A stretch of DNA of 64,000 nucleotides, from contig OX597824.1 of NCBI GenBank assembly GCA_951406725.2, positions 54,374,001 to 54,438,000 of the forward strand, in the 5' to 3' direction. The DNA comes from Octopus vulgaris. Its lineage: Eukaryota. A program made the translations under genes and the position numbers. Each line of letters opens with the position of its first letter. Position 1 is the first letter of the stretch. Below the pieces are notes generated by a model that worked only from the letters and a program-made list of their open reading frames with translations, was not told the DNA's origin and ran no database searches. This document shows, one piece after another, positions 11,760 to 25,549 of this stretch.

Positions 11760-14720
11760 TCATTGGAACTAGGAAGGTGTTTTAATTATCCTGTCCATGC
11801 ATGTAGTTACTCGATTCTTTGGTGACTGTTCCTTGTCAAGGGTTGGTCTGATCTGCCTAGGGCAGCCCTTGTTTGGTGGTTGGGCTACCTGAACAGGGCT
11901 GTCAATATCGAGATGGGCCAGTTTCAATCTGTCAATGGAAACTGTCTTGTCCGCCAGTTAGGAGGTGGAATATTTTATCTACCAGATGTATGACTACCAT
12001 CGTAGGGTGACTGGAGGGGTTTTCATCATGTGTCACATCGAACGAACACAAAGTTAGCCGTGCAGAGGTCATTTGGTACAGATGATCTGGGTGCACCGTG
12101 TGTCGACATGCGAACAGGGTGCAACTATCCACGCTGTCTCTCAGTTGAGTGAAGTACCTTTTGACATCCAGATCTGACTTTGTATTCAGAAGGAACTCTC
12201 CCGGCACTGTAAGAGGGGCACCATACATCATTTCTGCGGAGGAAGTGTTGAGATTTTCTTTTGGGGTGGTGCGGATTCCCAGTATCACCTATGGGATTTG
12301 GTCTATCCAATTAGGCCTGTTAAGTCTGGTTGTCAGGGTTTCCTTCATGCAGCGGTGAAATCTCTCCACTAATTTGTTGGCCTGTGGCTGGTAGGCTGTT
12401 GTGCGGTTCATTGTGATTTCAAAAAGATTACACATGTCATTCCACAGCTTTGAGGTGAATTGTGGATCCTGAACGATGAAGGCTTGGCTGATATTTTGTG
12501 TTTCTGTGCTGCGGAGAGTGATAGCATCAGGCCAACGGGTGTAGCAGTCTACCAAGATCAGTAGATATGAGCAACCCTGGAAGGTAGGGAGCTGACAAGG
12601 TTGATGTTGACATGGCTGAATCAGGCCTGAGGTGGTTCATAGTTGCCCAGGGTGCTTTGGTGTATTGATGGACCTTGGCTTGTTAACAAGGGATGCAGGT
12701 CCTGGCCCAGTCCCCGATTTGCTTGACCATACTGTGCCAGATAAATTTGCTTGACAGCAGTTGCTGAGCGGCTTCATTACCTGGGTGGGAAAGTCCGTGA
12801 ATGACGATGAAAACTTTCTTGCGCCAGGCCAATGGGACGATCGGTCGTGACTTCACAGTGGAAATGCCACACAGCAGGGTTGTGCTGTTAGAGCCAAAGT
12901 GTACATCCTACAAAGAAAGTGGCAGTGTGGTAGGCCCTGATCTCATCATCTGTCTGTTGGGTTGCAGCCATAGCTTCGTAATCCAGGCCTTCCGTTATTG
13001 GTGCTAGGTAGGTGTGAGAGCAGGTAGGAGCATGAGAGAGTGCGTTGGCAACTGGGTTGCCCTTGCTAGCTATGTGTTGGATGTCTGGGGTGTACACAGA
13101 AATGGCCGATAGCTGTCTTTGCTGGCGTGCAGACCAAGGCTCCGAGAGTTTGCTCTTAGCAAAGGTGAATGGTTTGTGATCTGTGAATACTGTAAACATG
13201 TGGCCTTCGAGGAAATAGCAAAAGTGGCGGACACCTAGATGGACAGCAAGCAGTTCCCTGTCGAAAGCACTGTATTTATGTTTAGAGGATCGTAGTTGTC
13301 AACTGAAGAATATAAGTGGACACCACTGACTGTTAATATATTGTTCCAAAACACCCCCAATTGTTGTGTCGAATGCGTCAACTGTGAGTACAGTCCAAGC
13401 TGACATATGAGGATGGGACTGCATGATTGCTTGAGCCAGGGCTTATTTTGTGGATTCGAAGGCTGAAGTCATTGTACTATCCCACTCCACCCATCTTTTT
13501 GAACAGTACCTTGTATAGGGGTCTCATCACTCTTACTGCAGAAGGGATTAAGTGATGGTAAAAGTTTACCATGTCCACGAATTGATGTAGAGCCATACTT
13601 GTGGTGGGGTGTGGAAAGGATGGGATAGCTTTCACTTTTTCTGGCAGGGGGACTTAGCGCCAGCACTTGTGATTTGATGTCCCAAGAAGTTGATTTCTGT
13701 CACATCAAAAATGCACTTGACAGGGTTGATTACTAAACCACACTACTGTTCCAGCCTATCAAAAAGAGTCACTAGGTGCTTCTTATGTAGCTCCGCATTT
13801 TGGCTGGCAATAAGGATATCATCTAAATATGCAAAGACAAAATTGAGACACTGCACACACTATCCATCAAGTGTTGGAAGGATTGTGCTGCATTTTCAGT
13901 CCAAAGGTTGTATATAGGAATTCATACAGGCCAAAAGGAGTGATCACAGCGGTTTTCAGTACATTGTTGTCTTGTATTGGTATTTGGTGGCATCATCGGA
14001 AGAAGTCAACCTTCAAGAAAACCGAGCACCCTGCTAGTTGGGCTGAGAAATCCTGTATGTGCCAAATGGGGTAGTGGTCAGGCGTTGGTTTTATTTTGAG
14101 ACAGCGATAATCTCCGCAGTGTCAATAACCTCCACTGGATTTGGGGGCTACACGCAGGGGTTAGGACCAGGGACTGCTTGATCAGCGAACTATGTCCAAT
14201 GTCTTCGTATTGTCGAACTAGGCTTTTACGATTGCATGTTTGTCTGATGATAGACAATGTGCACAGCTGTGCACTGGGGGGCCTGGTGGTGGAGTTGTGG
14301 TGTGGCACCCCATGGCAGGTTGTAGGTTTGGAGAATATCGGAGTGGTGAGACTGGGGTGACTTACAAGAAGATTCGAAAATTCGTTCATGGCCTGCGAGA
14401 CGGTTGTTATGTGGAGGGTGGCATGTGCAGATGCTACAAGAGACACGGAAGCGTATGTGTCGTTTTCAAGGAGTCGTCTTCCCCACAAATCAACCAGTAG
14501 CAAGTGTGCTCAAAGAAAGTCTGCACCGATTATGGGCTGATGGATGGTGAATGCCTGTATGTATTTTTGTGAGCCGATGTTGAGAGAAAGGGTGCGGCGA
14601 TCATATGCCTCGATTGTGGACCTGTTGGCAGCTATTAAAGTTTGGCTTCACTTTCCATGACAGAGGTCCCTTGCCAACACCAGGATTACGCTGACTTCTG
14701 CTTCTGTGTTGATTAGGGAC
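11760..14720 (-). pseudogene. Gypsy pol (PR-RT-RH-IN), many stops and frameshifts
   Basis: Motif fragments in ORFs 11932-12288, 12289-12555, 12888-13199 and 14078-14503. Confidence 0.9.
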
Positions 14721-14759
14721 CTGCATCCGGAGCTCCACCAGCCACCAGGGCGTTCAATG

Positions 14760-15382
14760 GCGGCCGGCCCTGGAGTTTCCCTGGTGAAGGGGTCCCGAAG
14801 CTACATGGTTGTTTGCACTTTCACGAACTTTATATGGCAGAAGCACAGGTCATCTTGCTTAACCGTAGCCTGTCTCATGGCCGACCCTATGGCGACCATA
14901 ACACCACTGGATAAAAGATGCTTGTCAGCTGCCTTCACTAATTGCCACAGGTCCTTGATTTCGGTCTGAATTATGAGGGCCTGGACCTGGGGTGGCAGCT
15001 TGCGGTGGAATATTTCCCTAAACAAAAAGGAAGGTGACTCACCAGGGAGAACTAATGCCAATACCTTGTCCATCAGTTCCAAAGGCTTAGAATCGCCAAA
15101 TTCCTCCTCTACTATCTTGGCTGCTGCTTCTCGTTCACTGTGTCGGAATGTATCCACTACCCTATTTTTCAATATGGTGTATTTGTGCGTTGGTCAGGGT
15201 TTGGTTAAAATGTTTAGCACCCTCGTTGCCCTATCTTCATCTAGTTCCACTACAATGTACGAACATTTTGTCTGGTCGGCCGTTACTTTGTTTATATGTT
15301 GGGGTTCCATCTGCGTGAATCACAGTAAGGTCCTCTTAGGCCAGAATTGTGGTAGCCTCAGTGTTGTTTTGTTGATTGCCAT
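14760..15382 (-). pseudogene. Gypsy gag remnant
   Basis: MAINKTTLRLPQFW..WFTQME; GDSKPLELMDKVLAL; FREIFHRKLP; LCFCHIKF. Confidence 0.75.
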
Positions 15383-15439
15383 GTTTGTTTTGATAATGGG
15401 AGCTGTTGTTCTATGATCGGGTCACTAGTTATAGCTTTC

Positions 15440-15875
15440 TAAAGCTTGAAGGAAGTGAGGTTCACAATTCTTTACATAGTCGTGGAAAGGAAAATAGCGG
15501 GAACAAGAATCTCCGAACAAATAACAATTAGAATTTATTTCGCCTGAATAAACATTTCATCTCTGGACACCGGAAGCCTGGACGTCTTGGAAAGGAAGCC
15601 GCAAGGTTAGTGGTTAGACACAAAAATACGAAGGCATTTTCATAGACTCACAACGTCGCTCACCGTCAAAATTCTAGCTCCACGGAACTGGTCTAAGTTG
15701 CATCCTGTCTGGTCAGAAGCCGGGACCGAAGCGAGAGAATAGCAGTGAAGCCTAGCTGCTGATGATGACTGCACATGCGCATAAGGGGCTTCTTGCAGGC
15801 CTTCCGGAAGGCTCAAATTCCTGCGCATGCGTGGATGAAATCCCAAAATGGTGTCTGGAACCAGGCGTTACTACA
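15440..15875 (-). mobile_element. LTR of a second family, with a partial duplicate at 16129-16447
   Basis: Minus strand starts TGTAGTAACG after PPT-like GAGGGGGAG (15878-15886) and contains AATAAA. About 320 bp recur at 16129-16447. Confidence 0.6.
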
Positions 15876-16447
15876 AAGCTCCCCCTCGAGTGCGGAAGCA
15901 CGAAAATAGAAAGATTGTAGTGGTGCCAGAAACAAGATGGCTACTGATCACCCACAAGATGTGGCACAAAATATGACAACTCAAAAAAGAATGTGCACAA
16001 AAAATGGGTTTTTTTTTTTACAAAATGTTCAATAGCAAAACATTGAAAATGTCCAGTACACAAAAGAACATCTGTCTGTCACAGGAAACACAATAGAGAA
16101 TGTCAAATGTAAATAGTCTTTGCAAGTTTCTCCGAACAAATAACAATAATAATTTATTTCGCCTGAATAAACATTTCATCTCTGGACATCGGTAGCCTGA
16201 ACGTCTTGGAGTGGAAGCCGTAGGGTTAGTAGTTAGACACAAAAATACGAAGGCATTTTCACAGACTCGCAACATCGCTCGCCGTCAGAATTCCAGCTCC
16301 ACGGAGCTGGTCTAAGTTGCATCCTGTCTGGTCAGAAGCCGGGGCCGAAGAGAAAGAATAGCGGTCAAGCCTAGCTGCTGATGATGACTGCGCATGTGTA
16401 TAAGGGCCTTCCGGAAGGCTCAAATCCCTGCGCATGCGTGGATGAAA

Positions 16448-16942
16448 TTACTGAATAAAATTACTGCCGTTGTTTGTCAACAAGAACTTCCAGAGGTGTA
16501 TATTTCGTTTGTCACTGTTATTTACGACAACCCTAACCCTAACCCTAAAACCTTAACCCTAAAACCTTAACCCTAACCTTAACCCTAAAACCCTAAAACC
16601 TTAACCCTAACCCTAAATCCCTAACCCTAACCCTAACTCTAAAACCTTAAAGCTAAAGCCAGTACAAACGTACGAACAATGAAACGAAAAATACACCGCC
16701 GATAGCTGTTGTTGACAAGCAACAGCAGTAATTTTATTCAGCTGAACACACGTCATTGACTGGTTGAAATTAACGAAATACGACAACTTTAACGTGAAAT
16801 AACTTCCTAAATATAAGCTTTTCTTAAAAACGCTACGAGTAAAAGATGTTTTATATGACACATTCTACCAGTATCTGAAGTTTGAAAATGTTTAGTTACA
16901 AAAAATTATTTTTTAAATCTGTTGGTCAAATGGTAAAGATCC
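16448..16942. mobile_element. Merlin-type MITE end containing (CCCTAA)n telomere-like array
   Basis: Degenerate CCCTAA repeats at 16530-16650. Terminus ..GGTAAAGATCC and subterminal GACACATTCTACCAGTAT are shared with 5041-6583 and 24756-25168. Confidence 0.7.
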
Positions 16943-18110
16943 GAAAAAGCTAATATAAACTATAAATTGTTACAATAGCAATTTTATTCTCTACCTCCTT
17001 ATTCTGCATGTGCCTATGCTTGTTTCTGTGTGTACATCTGTATATGTGTGTGTCTGTGAACTTCCATCATCACTTGGCATATTTTATTTTTACACAGCCC
17101 TCCCTTGGGGCGATCTTTCGCTTTGACTCTCAAAACTGTCATCTGTATCAGTTTGTTTTGTTCGTTAATTTCCGTAATTTTTTTTATTTATTTACTTTTG
17201 TTTTAAAGTAAAAGAGAGAAGGTAAAAGATGTATGACCGTGTATAAGAAATGTATGTGTGTGTGTGAGAGAGAGAGTGAGTCATTCATACATAAGAACAC
17301 ACACGTTCACTCACTCACACACACACACACACACACACATGCATACAAAAAAGATGTACGCATATGTATTGATGTACGTATGTATACATGACAACACACC
17401 CACTGTCTCTCTTTCTCTCTCTCTTTTTCTCTCCCTCTCTTTCTTTCTCTCTTTCTCTCTCTCTCTCTCTTTCACACACACGCATGTCCATTTCATAAAC
17501 ACATACATACATCTTTCACTTTCTCCTCTCTTTCACATTAAAACAAATAAATAAAAACTTTTTATGGAAATTAACGAACTCTGGATTACAAGTGAAAGAT
17601 TACCATTCACTTGATAATAATTAAAAAAGCATTAAAATATTGTCTGTTTAACAAAAGCTAAAATATAAATACTTACTGTACAAACAACTTACATTTTTGA
17701 AGTCACATTCAGTTTAAAATATTTTTAAATGATTAAAATATTGTGTACGTCAAAAGGTCGACGTTTTTTTTTTCCTAGAGAGCACGAAGATTACATGTGT
17801 CTGCATGTCACAGATAGCAGACGTGTATTTGTGTTGATTGACACACCATGACATTCATTATATGTGTGTGTATTGTGTATGTGTGTTGAAGTCATGGAAG
17901 CCATGTTTTTTTTCCGCCCAGAAAAAAAAATTGTGTTTACTCGTTTTCCTTAATAAATAGAGGTCCAAATATCACAAAAATTTGAACTACACTGCCGAAG
18001 GTAAGTATGAAAATAAATATACAAAAAAAAAAATTAAGATAAAATATACTATTTCTGAGATTTTTCTGGTACACACTAACATCTCTAAAGTTTTAGTATT
18101 ATTAAGATAA

Positions 18111-21100
18111 TACATACATACATACATACATACATACATACATACATACATACATACATACATACATACATACATACATACATCGGCTCCAACTCGTATC
18201 CGAGCATTGGGTTTGTCAATTTCCATCCAGTTTCCTCGGCTGATGTTTGTGTTGAAAGTGACTTTGGAGTCCAAGTCGGCGGTGAAAGAGTTTTGGGCAA
18301 AACTCGCACGGGATGGTTGGTGCAGGTTGAGGATGTTGAAGAGGCTCCTTTCTTCTCCTGCGTTTTACCTCCTCATTCTATTGTCTGTTCTGCTTGAAGG
18401 AGCTGGCTTCATTGTGGATAGCAGTCCTCCAAGCTGTCCTATCCAAGGCAATCTGTTCCCATGATGATGGCTGGATGTTAGCTTGAGTCTAGGTTCATTT
18501 TAGCTGGTCTTTAAAACAGAATTTTGGACCTCCTCCGGGTCTTGTTCCGATTGCAAGTTGTCCGTAGAGCATGATTCTTGGCAGACGAGAGGTTTCCATA
18601 TGCTGGATGTGACCTGCCCAGCAGGGACGATGGCGAAGAATGGTGGCTTTGACACTTGGTAGTGATCTTCCCATTGTATGTTGAGGATCTGTCGTGGCTT
18701 CGATTGCTGGAAGCATTCAAGGCGCTTGAAGTCACAACGTCCAAATCTCACAAGCGTAGAGTTGACGGGACAATGGCACAGAAGACCATGATCTTTGTCC
18801 GGATGGTCAGCGTATGATTGAAAAATACACGTTGGCTGAGTCTGCTGGAGACGGAGTGGGCTGCCCCAATCCCGTTCTCCACATCCTTTTCACATGTGGG
18901 GGTCTTTGAAAGGATACTTCCAAGGTATGTGAAGTGTTCAACTTCTTCTAAGGGATGGCCGTTGACGCTAATGTTTGCGAGTGCACTGTTCTAGCCTGGT
19001 GCAGTGTCTTGGTCTTTAATGTGTTTACATGCATTCTGAAGCATTCGTAAGTTGTGTTGTAAAGATCGGCCGTTCTTTGTAGGCTCGGAGTGGCATTGTC
19101 GTCAGCATACTGCATCTCACAACCTGAGATGGCAGAGGTCCTCGTCTTTGCACGGAGACGTGCAAGATTGAAGAGTCTACCGTCCAAGTGATAACGTATG
19201 TTGATGGAAGACGAGTCTAGTGGGATTTCGTTGAACATAGCAACCATGTACAAAGAGAAACAGGTTGGTGCTAGGATGCATCCTTGCTTAACACCCCCAG
19301 TGATGGGAAACAGGTCTGTGAGGGCATTTTGATGGCATACCCTACCACCATGCTATAGTGGAGGGAGCAAACCAGGTCTTCCAGACATCCAAATATGGCT
19401 AGGACAGCCCACGTTGCAGGACAGAGGACTTTGTCAAAGGTTTTCTTTAGATCCCAGAAGATGAACATTGCTGGCTGTTGTTGCTCCTGACACTTCTCCT
19501 GGAGTTGACGGGCACAAAAGATCATGTCGATTGTGTCTCGAGAGGTTCGAAAACCACACTGGGACTCAGAGAGACGTTTTCCGCGGAGATGAGGAGGCGA
19601 TTGAGTAGGATACGGGCGAAGATCTTATTTGCAATACTCAGGAGTGAGATGTCTCGATAGTTGTTGCAATCCTCTCGGTCTCCCTTCTTGTAGATGGTGA
19701 TGATAGTTGCATTGCGGAAGTTGTTCGGGGGGCAGGGGCGTCTTGTATTCCCAGATCTTGAGGATAAGGAGCATCAGATGATTTCTCAGCTCAGTACCTC
19801 CGTACATGAAAAACTCAAACGGGATGTTGTCTGGTCATGGAGCTTTCCTTGGCTTCATGTGCACAAGTGCCTTGTTGAACTCATGGTGGCAGGGACATCC
19901 AGTGGCAGATGGGGAGCTGTGGGGTGTGTTGGAGATCGTCAGGAGTGCATGAGTGGTCGTTAAGTAGACACTCAAAATGGGGCCTCCAGCGATCGAGGAT
20001 TCCCTGGGTGTCGGTTATCGTACTGCCAGCTGTGTTCTTCAGGCCGCCCACTGATGACCTTGTGGGGCCAAAGATCTTGGTTGCAGCATAAAAACTGTGC
20101 AAGTCTCATTAGTCCGCATAGTTTTGCATCTCCTCTGCTTTCCTCTGCCTCCAGATGTTCTGAGCTTCTCGAATTCCTTGCTGGCATTCCGCCGATGCTT
20201 GCTGATGTTTTCGTTTGTTCTCTGCAGTGGCGAGGCGCATCTGGAGTTTGGCTTCAATAAGACGGGAGATGGTTTCATCATTCTTGTGAAACCAGTCTTG
20301 GTCCTTCTTCCAGGCAAAGCCAATTGTCTCCTTGGCAGCAGCAGTCATGGCTTCACAAAGGCTGGTCCAGCGATCCTCAATAGAGGTTGACTCTGGGAGG
20401 ACCATCAAGTGTCTCTCAATGGATTCCCTAAAGTCTTGGGATGCCTGTGAGTTCTGGAGTTTGGCGCAGTTGAAGCGTTGGCAAGAGGTATTTGCTAAGA
20501 CCTGTTTTGGTGGGCAGTGGATCTTGATTTCAAGGCGAGAAATAAGGTGGTGATCCGTCCAGCCATCATCGGCACCAGGCATAAAGTGGGTGATACATAC
20601 ATCTCGTCTGTCCCTAGATCTTTTCAGAATGTAGTCGAGGGTGTGCCAGTGTTTAGACCATGGGTATTTCCAGGTGGTTTTTTGTCAGGTAGGGAGGCGA
20701 AATAGGGAGTTAGTGATGATGAGTTCATGCTCGGCGCAAAGGCCCAGGAGGAGCTGGCCTTTAGCATTGCATTTCCCAATGCCGTGATGGCCAAGAATGC
20801 CATTCCACAGACAATGGTCACTGCTGACTCTGCCGTTAAAGTCCTCCAACACGACGAGTTTGTCATACACAGGGACTGTCTGAGTATGCAGTCCAGCAGA
20901 TTGTAGAACGAAACCTTGACGTCGTCTTCAGATGTGAGGGTAGGGGCATACACAGAAATCAATGTAAGGAATCTGTCCTGAATGAGTGGGATCCAAACAG
21001 TCATCAGGCACTCACTGACAGCAGTTGGGACGAGTCTGTGTTGACCACGAGTTGCATTTTGATGGCAAGGCCAACTCCATGGTTGCGTGGTTCATTAGGA

Positions 21101-22033
21101 TTCTTCCCCTCCCAAAAGACAGTGTATTTGGAGCCAGCTTCTCTGATGCTGCCTTCTCCAGGAAGCCTAGTCTCGCTCAAGTCTGCCATATCTATGTTGA
21201 AGTGGGCAATTTCCTTGCAGATGAGGGCTGTATGTCACTCTGGTCGATTAATGTCACTCTTATTCTGGAGAGTACAGATGTTCCAGGCCCCGAAGGTGAA
21301 AGGTTGTGAAATAGAGGATTTAGTAAAGTTCTGACTACTAAGTGGGAGGTCCACTAGCCACAGTATGCTGGCCAGATCGAGTTGCCATGTTCAATGTTAA
21401 CCCCACCTTTTCTAGGGGCTTTTCTGCGGTAATACTAAAGAGGCCAGCCCAGTCACAGGTCTAGCTGCCAAACCCCAATGCCACAGCTATTCATTGGAGA
21501 GCGACCATCTAAGATTCGCTTTCAATGTGTGGTCATGGATTAGAGGCTTCCAGCTTTCCAGATCTGCCTCCGGTGCTCACAATACCATCAACATTGGGCT
21601 TTTTGAGACAGATTAGAATGACAAAGCCATTCACTGAGTAAATTGTTTGAGGTGATCGTGGCTGCATGATGACCACATGCATGCACTTGGCCAGGAACTT
21701 CTCCACTGCAGCTCAAGAATTGAGACATGCAGTCTTGATGGGGCTAGTTGCAGTGAGCTGCCGGAATCTATCCACATTTGTCATGCCTGCCCTCTTCTGC
21801 TGGAGTTAATACCTGGGGGCTCAAGATAGCCCTCATTTGCTTGCTCCGCCATTTCGGTCTTGATATTGGTGTTTGGTTGTGTTTAGTCTGGGACTTCGTC
21901 CTCGAGCTTGCTGCCATGGGTGGCCCTACCAGGAGTCTAGACTCCAGACGGTATCACTCTCAGAATCATTGGCACACACAAGCTCTTTCATCATGACAAG
22001 GGACGACCATCGGAAGAGCGACACGGGATGACC
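18111..22033 (-). mobile_element. Near full-length decayed RTE-BovB-like LINE with (TATG)n tail
   Basis: APE (LSETRLPGEG, SVYAPT, DFNGRV, WTDHHLI), RT (IFCARQLQEKCQEQ, FWDLKKTFDKV, QYADD), C-terminus (WAGHI..RLPRIMLYGQL). Tail at 18111-18182; RTE-type 5' leader at 21880-22033. Confidence 0.93.
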
Positions 22034-22366
22034 ATATATATATATGTACAAACATATACACACACAAACATACACATATATATACAACTCCATATACACA
22101 TATATAAACATATATATATGCACACACATATGTACATATAGATATATATTACACGTTGGTGAGCATAAAAGTTAAAGTTGTTGTTGAGAAAAAAGTTAGC
22201 TGACATGGAGGACTGAAAGCCATCTGAATATTGGAAAAGAGTCACCTGTATCATGATGATTCATGCCAGGTATCAAAATTCTGACATCGTGATTGCTGTT
22301 CAATGATCTGTGACCACTGTAACAGCTATAAGACATGACATGTCCCATGTCATGGGATGACCCATG

Positions 22367-23385
22367 TATTGGGTCATCCCATAAATAATGCAGTTTTTTA
22401 TACTTCTTTTATTTTTCAAAATTAAGATAAACAAAGTTCTTTTTTAATCCAAAATATACTCTCCTTCATTTTCTACAATGCTCTTCCAAAATCCACTTGT
22501 CCGTGATGAAAAATACTCCTCCACTACTGTTCTGAACTCATCTACAGAATTCATGTTTTTTCCATCCAAATGATTTTGAAGACTGCGGAATAAATGATAA
22601 TTAAATGGGGTAATATCCAGCGAATATGGTGGGTGGGACATCGTTTCCCATTCAAACTGCTCCAGCCTTTGGAATGTCATCCTCACTGTATGTAGCCAAG
22701 TATTATCCTGATGGAAAGACAAAGATGTCTTGAAACAAATGCTGGTCGTTTTTCTTCTAACACTGACTTAAGCCGCTCAAGCTGCTCACAGTAGATCTCC
22801 TTTGTCGTTGTTTGGTTTGGGTATAAAAGTTCAACGTGCACTAAACCTTTCATATCCCACCAAAGAGATAACGTGGGAGAAGACCTTCTTTAGACTGGGG
22901 CACTGGTGTTTCTCCTTTCCCTACCCACTGTGTTTGGTGCTTAACATTTTTATAGAAAACCCATTACCAGTCACTATTCAGTAAAAAAAAGGTTCATTCA
23001 TGAGATGTGACAGCAAAGAAGAGCACACATTCACTTTCTACACATGATTAGACTCAGAAAGTTTGTGAGGAACCCATTGACCTAATTTTCTGACTTTTCC
23101 AATGGTACACAGGTGTTGATGAATGGTTGAATAACCAAATCCAAGCTTCTCTGCTAGTTCCTCAACAGTTATGATGGGATTTTGTTCCACCAGGGTTTTC
23201 AGACTGTCCTCGTCGAGCTTTACAGATCTTCCAGGACGAGACTGGTCGTCTAGGCTGTAGTTTCTGGCTCAAAATTTCAGGAATTACCATTGACATTGGC
23301 TTACACTTATTGTCAGATCCCCATATACTGCATTAATATTCCTTACACTTTCTGTTGCATTGCCGCCTTTATTGATCTCATAAAG
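22367..23385 (-). mobile_element. Mariner (Tc1/mariner) element remnant
   Basis: FHQDN..H, SHPPYSLDITP.NYHLFRSLQNHL, IVENEGEY. TIR-like TATTGGGTCATCCCATAAATAATG at 22367. Confidence 0.9.
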
Positions 23386-23394
23386 TTGTCACTC

Positions 23395-23650
23395 TTGTGG
23401 GGTTTTGCCTCTCATCCACACTATATGAAATATGGTGAATAAAAACCTCAGTATCTCATCACCACCTTTCTGAACCAATTCAGCAGCAATGCCATCATTC
23501 TCAGGGGCTTTGCTGGTATTCATCAGTTTAACAACTACCATTATTTCATCATTAATGGGTGGATCATCATACTGGAAATTTGCTTGTCAGTTGCTTGACC
23601 TTAGCCACTTGAGCATGTCCCTGACAATATGTGCATCTCTGATCATGAAC
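23395..23650 (-). mobile_element. Old RTE-like LINE fragment
   Basis: Minus strand KAPENDGIAAELVQKGG. Confidence 0.6.
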
Positions 23651-24269
23651 AGGAGTAATGGGGGAGCATCGTAGCCATGTGCTGAGAGAGATTCTTTGGG
23701 GTTTCAATAAATGTAACAAAAGCAAAGTTTGAAGGAAATAGACATCTTTCATACTTTCTAGAGGTAATCAAATAGGAAATAACAGTTGCTACCCAAGGAC
23801 AATTAAGGGTGCACTGGGCTACATAAACAGATATGCATAGAAAACTAGAAATGCTTTGGATCGCCATAAAAGAAAAGAACAAACTGGTTTGCCTTCTCCA
23901 CATAGAGATGATTAGAGACACAGTAAAAATTGTAAAACATTTCGGGGATTTTCCAGTTGAGATTCCTGGGTAAACATATGCACACCACCACATGTACATA
24001 TTGAGTACATATACACGTTTGCACATAAACAGTAATGAAACACATACACTTATGTTCTAATGTGTCAGACACACAACACACATATGCATACGTTAATGAA
24101 TTCAGGTAACCATAAACTTCAAGAGCCTGTTTTGACTTAACGAAAAGAGTCTTACCACTTTAGTAATGACTGACTTCAATTTTACATAGGAAAGATAACT
24201 TAAAATAAATCCTAAAGAAAAACATACATACATACAACTGTATATACATACATGCATAAAGTGCATTTA

Positions 24270-24428
24270 ATACATACATACATACATACATGCATACATA
24301 CATACATACATACATACATACATACATACATACATACATACATACATACATACATACATACATACATACATACATGCATACATACATGCATTCATTCATT
24401 CATTCATTCATTCAATCATTCATTCATT
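24270..24428. repeat. (TACA)n / (TTCA)n microsatellite
   Basis: Direct reading. Confidence 0.97.
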
Positions 24429-24755
24429 CTATCTTTGTTTCTGTTTCTTTCAGCACAAAAATTCAGTCATTTCTTTTACTAAAGTTCCTGTAAGTCATGT
24501 GTTAGGTATACAACAAGAGACACTAATGTAATCTTTATTTCTTTGTGGGCAATCTAAAGGTCTACACTCAAAATATTTACACTGTTCAGAAACAGATGGA
24601 TTTCATCATAACATTCCCTGCTGATACAGGGATGAAATTTGGCCAAAAGAAATATTCATATTTAGCAGATGAATACAAAAACTGTTTCTGAAACCCCAAA
24701 TCCTCAATAGTTTCTCTCTATATCTACCCTTTTCCACATAAGTGATATAAATACC

Positions 24756-25168
24756 GGATCTTTTCGGTTTGAACGGCAGTTTTTAACATAATTTCTAGGT
24801 AACTAAAAAATTTTAAACTTCGTATACTGGTAGAATGTGTCAAATAAAATATCTTTTTCTCTTGGCTTTCCTGAAAAAATTGTAGTTTGTAAGTTTAACG
24901 TAGTTTAATTTCTCGAATTTTGGCAGTTTGAACCAATCGATGACGTCTATTGAGGTAAAAAAAATTCTGTGCCATATGAATATATGTCCCTCGTTTAAGA
25001 AACAGATTGGGTTGTGAAGAAAAAAGGATACCCTTCCCCTCAACCCTATCCCTAACCCTAACCCTGAAACAGATTGAAATGCAATAGATCGATTCTAGGG
25101 TCATAATTATGGGTGACAATTTCATATGACACCGCTAGAAAAAACTGCCGTTCAAACCGAAAAGATCC
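24756..25168. mobile_element. Intact Merlin-type MITE
   Basis: 27-bp TIR GGATCTTTTCGGTTTGAACGGCAGTTT; 8-bp TSD TAAATACC/TAAATATC; internal CCCTAA-like repeats at 25040-25065. Confidence 0.88.
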
Positions 25169-25549
25169 TAAATATCTAAGTATTACTGTAAATATATTAT
25201 AATAAGGAGCTGTAAAGAAAGCTACAGTGACTAGAGGACATTGTATGAGACTAAAAAATTATAGTAATCAGGACTCCTTCATAAAATAATGCACTATACC
25301 ATAATGCATTTTCAGCACTGGTACTATTATTTTGGGTTACATGACTGATCCATGGAAGAAATTTGTTCCAAAGACATTGAAATCTGCAAGGTTCTGACAT
25401 TAACTTAATGCTTCCATGAGAAGAATGAAATTCACTGATGCTATCTCAGAAGAAAAATGGTTGCAAAAAGCTTCAGATGAGTGCAAGCAGATTTTGAGTG
25501 TTATATAGTATCATCCACACAGCAAAACAACAACATTAACAATGAATGA

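Larger units (their letters stand above)
11467..15438 (-). mobile_element. Ty3/Gypsy LTR retrotransposon, decayed
   Basis: Domain order gag (LRLPQFW), protease (LINTEAEVS), RT (AYLDDIL), RNase H (FTDHKP), integrase (VDCYTRWPDA, YQPQANKLVERFHR). PPT at ~11732-11746; PBS-like TAGTGACCCG at 15418-15427. Confidence 0.93.

Noticed and set aside
15755-15775. CTGATGA in the LTR repeat (and at 46484 in the Helitron)
   Set aside because: No matching GAAA/UH with pairing stems.
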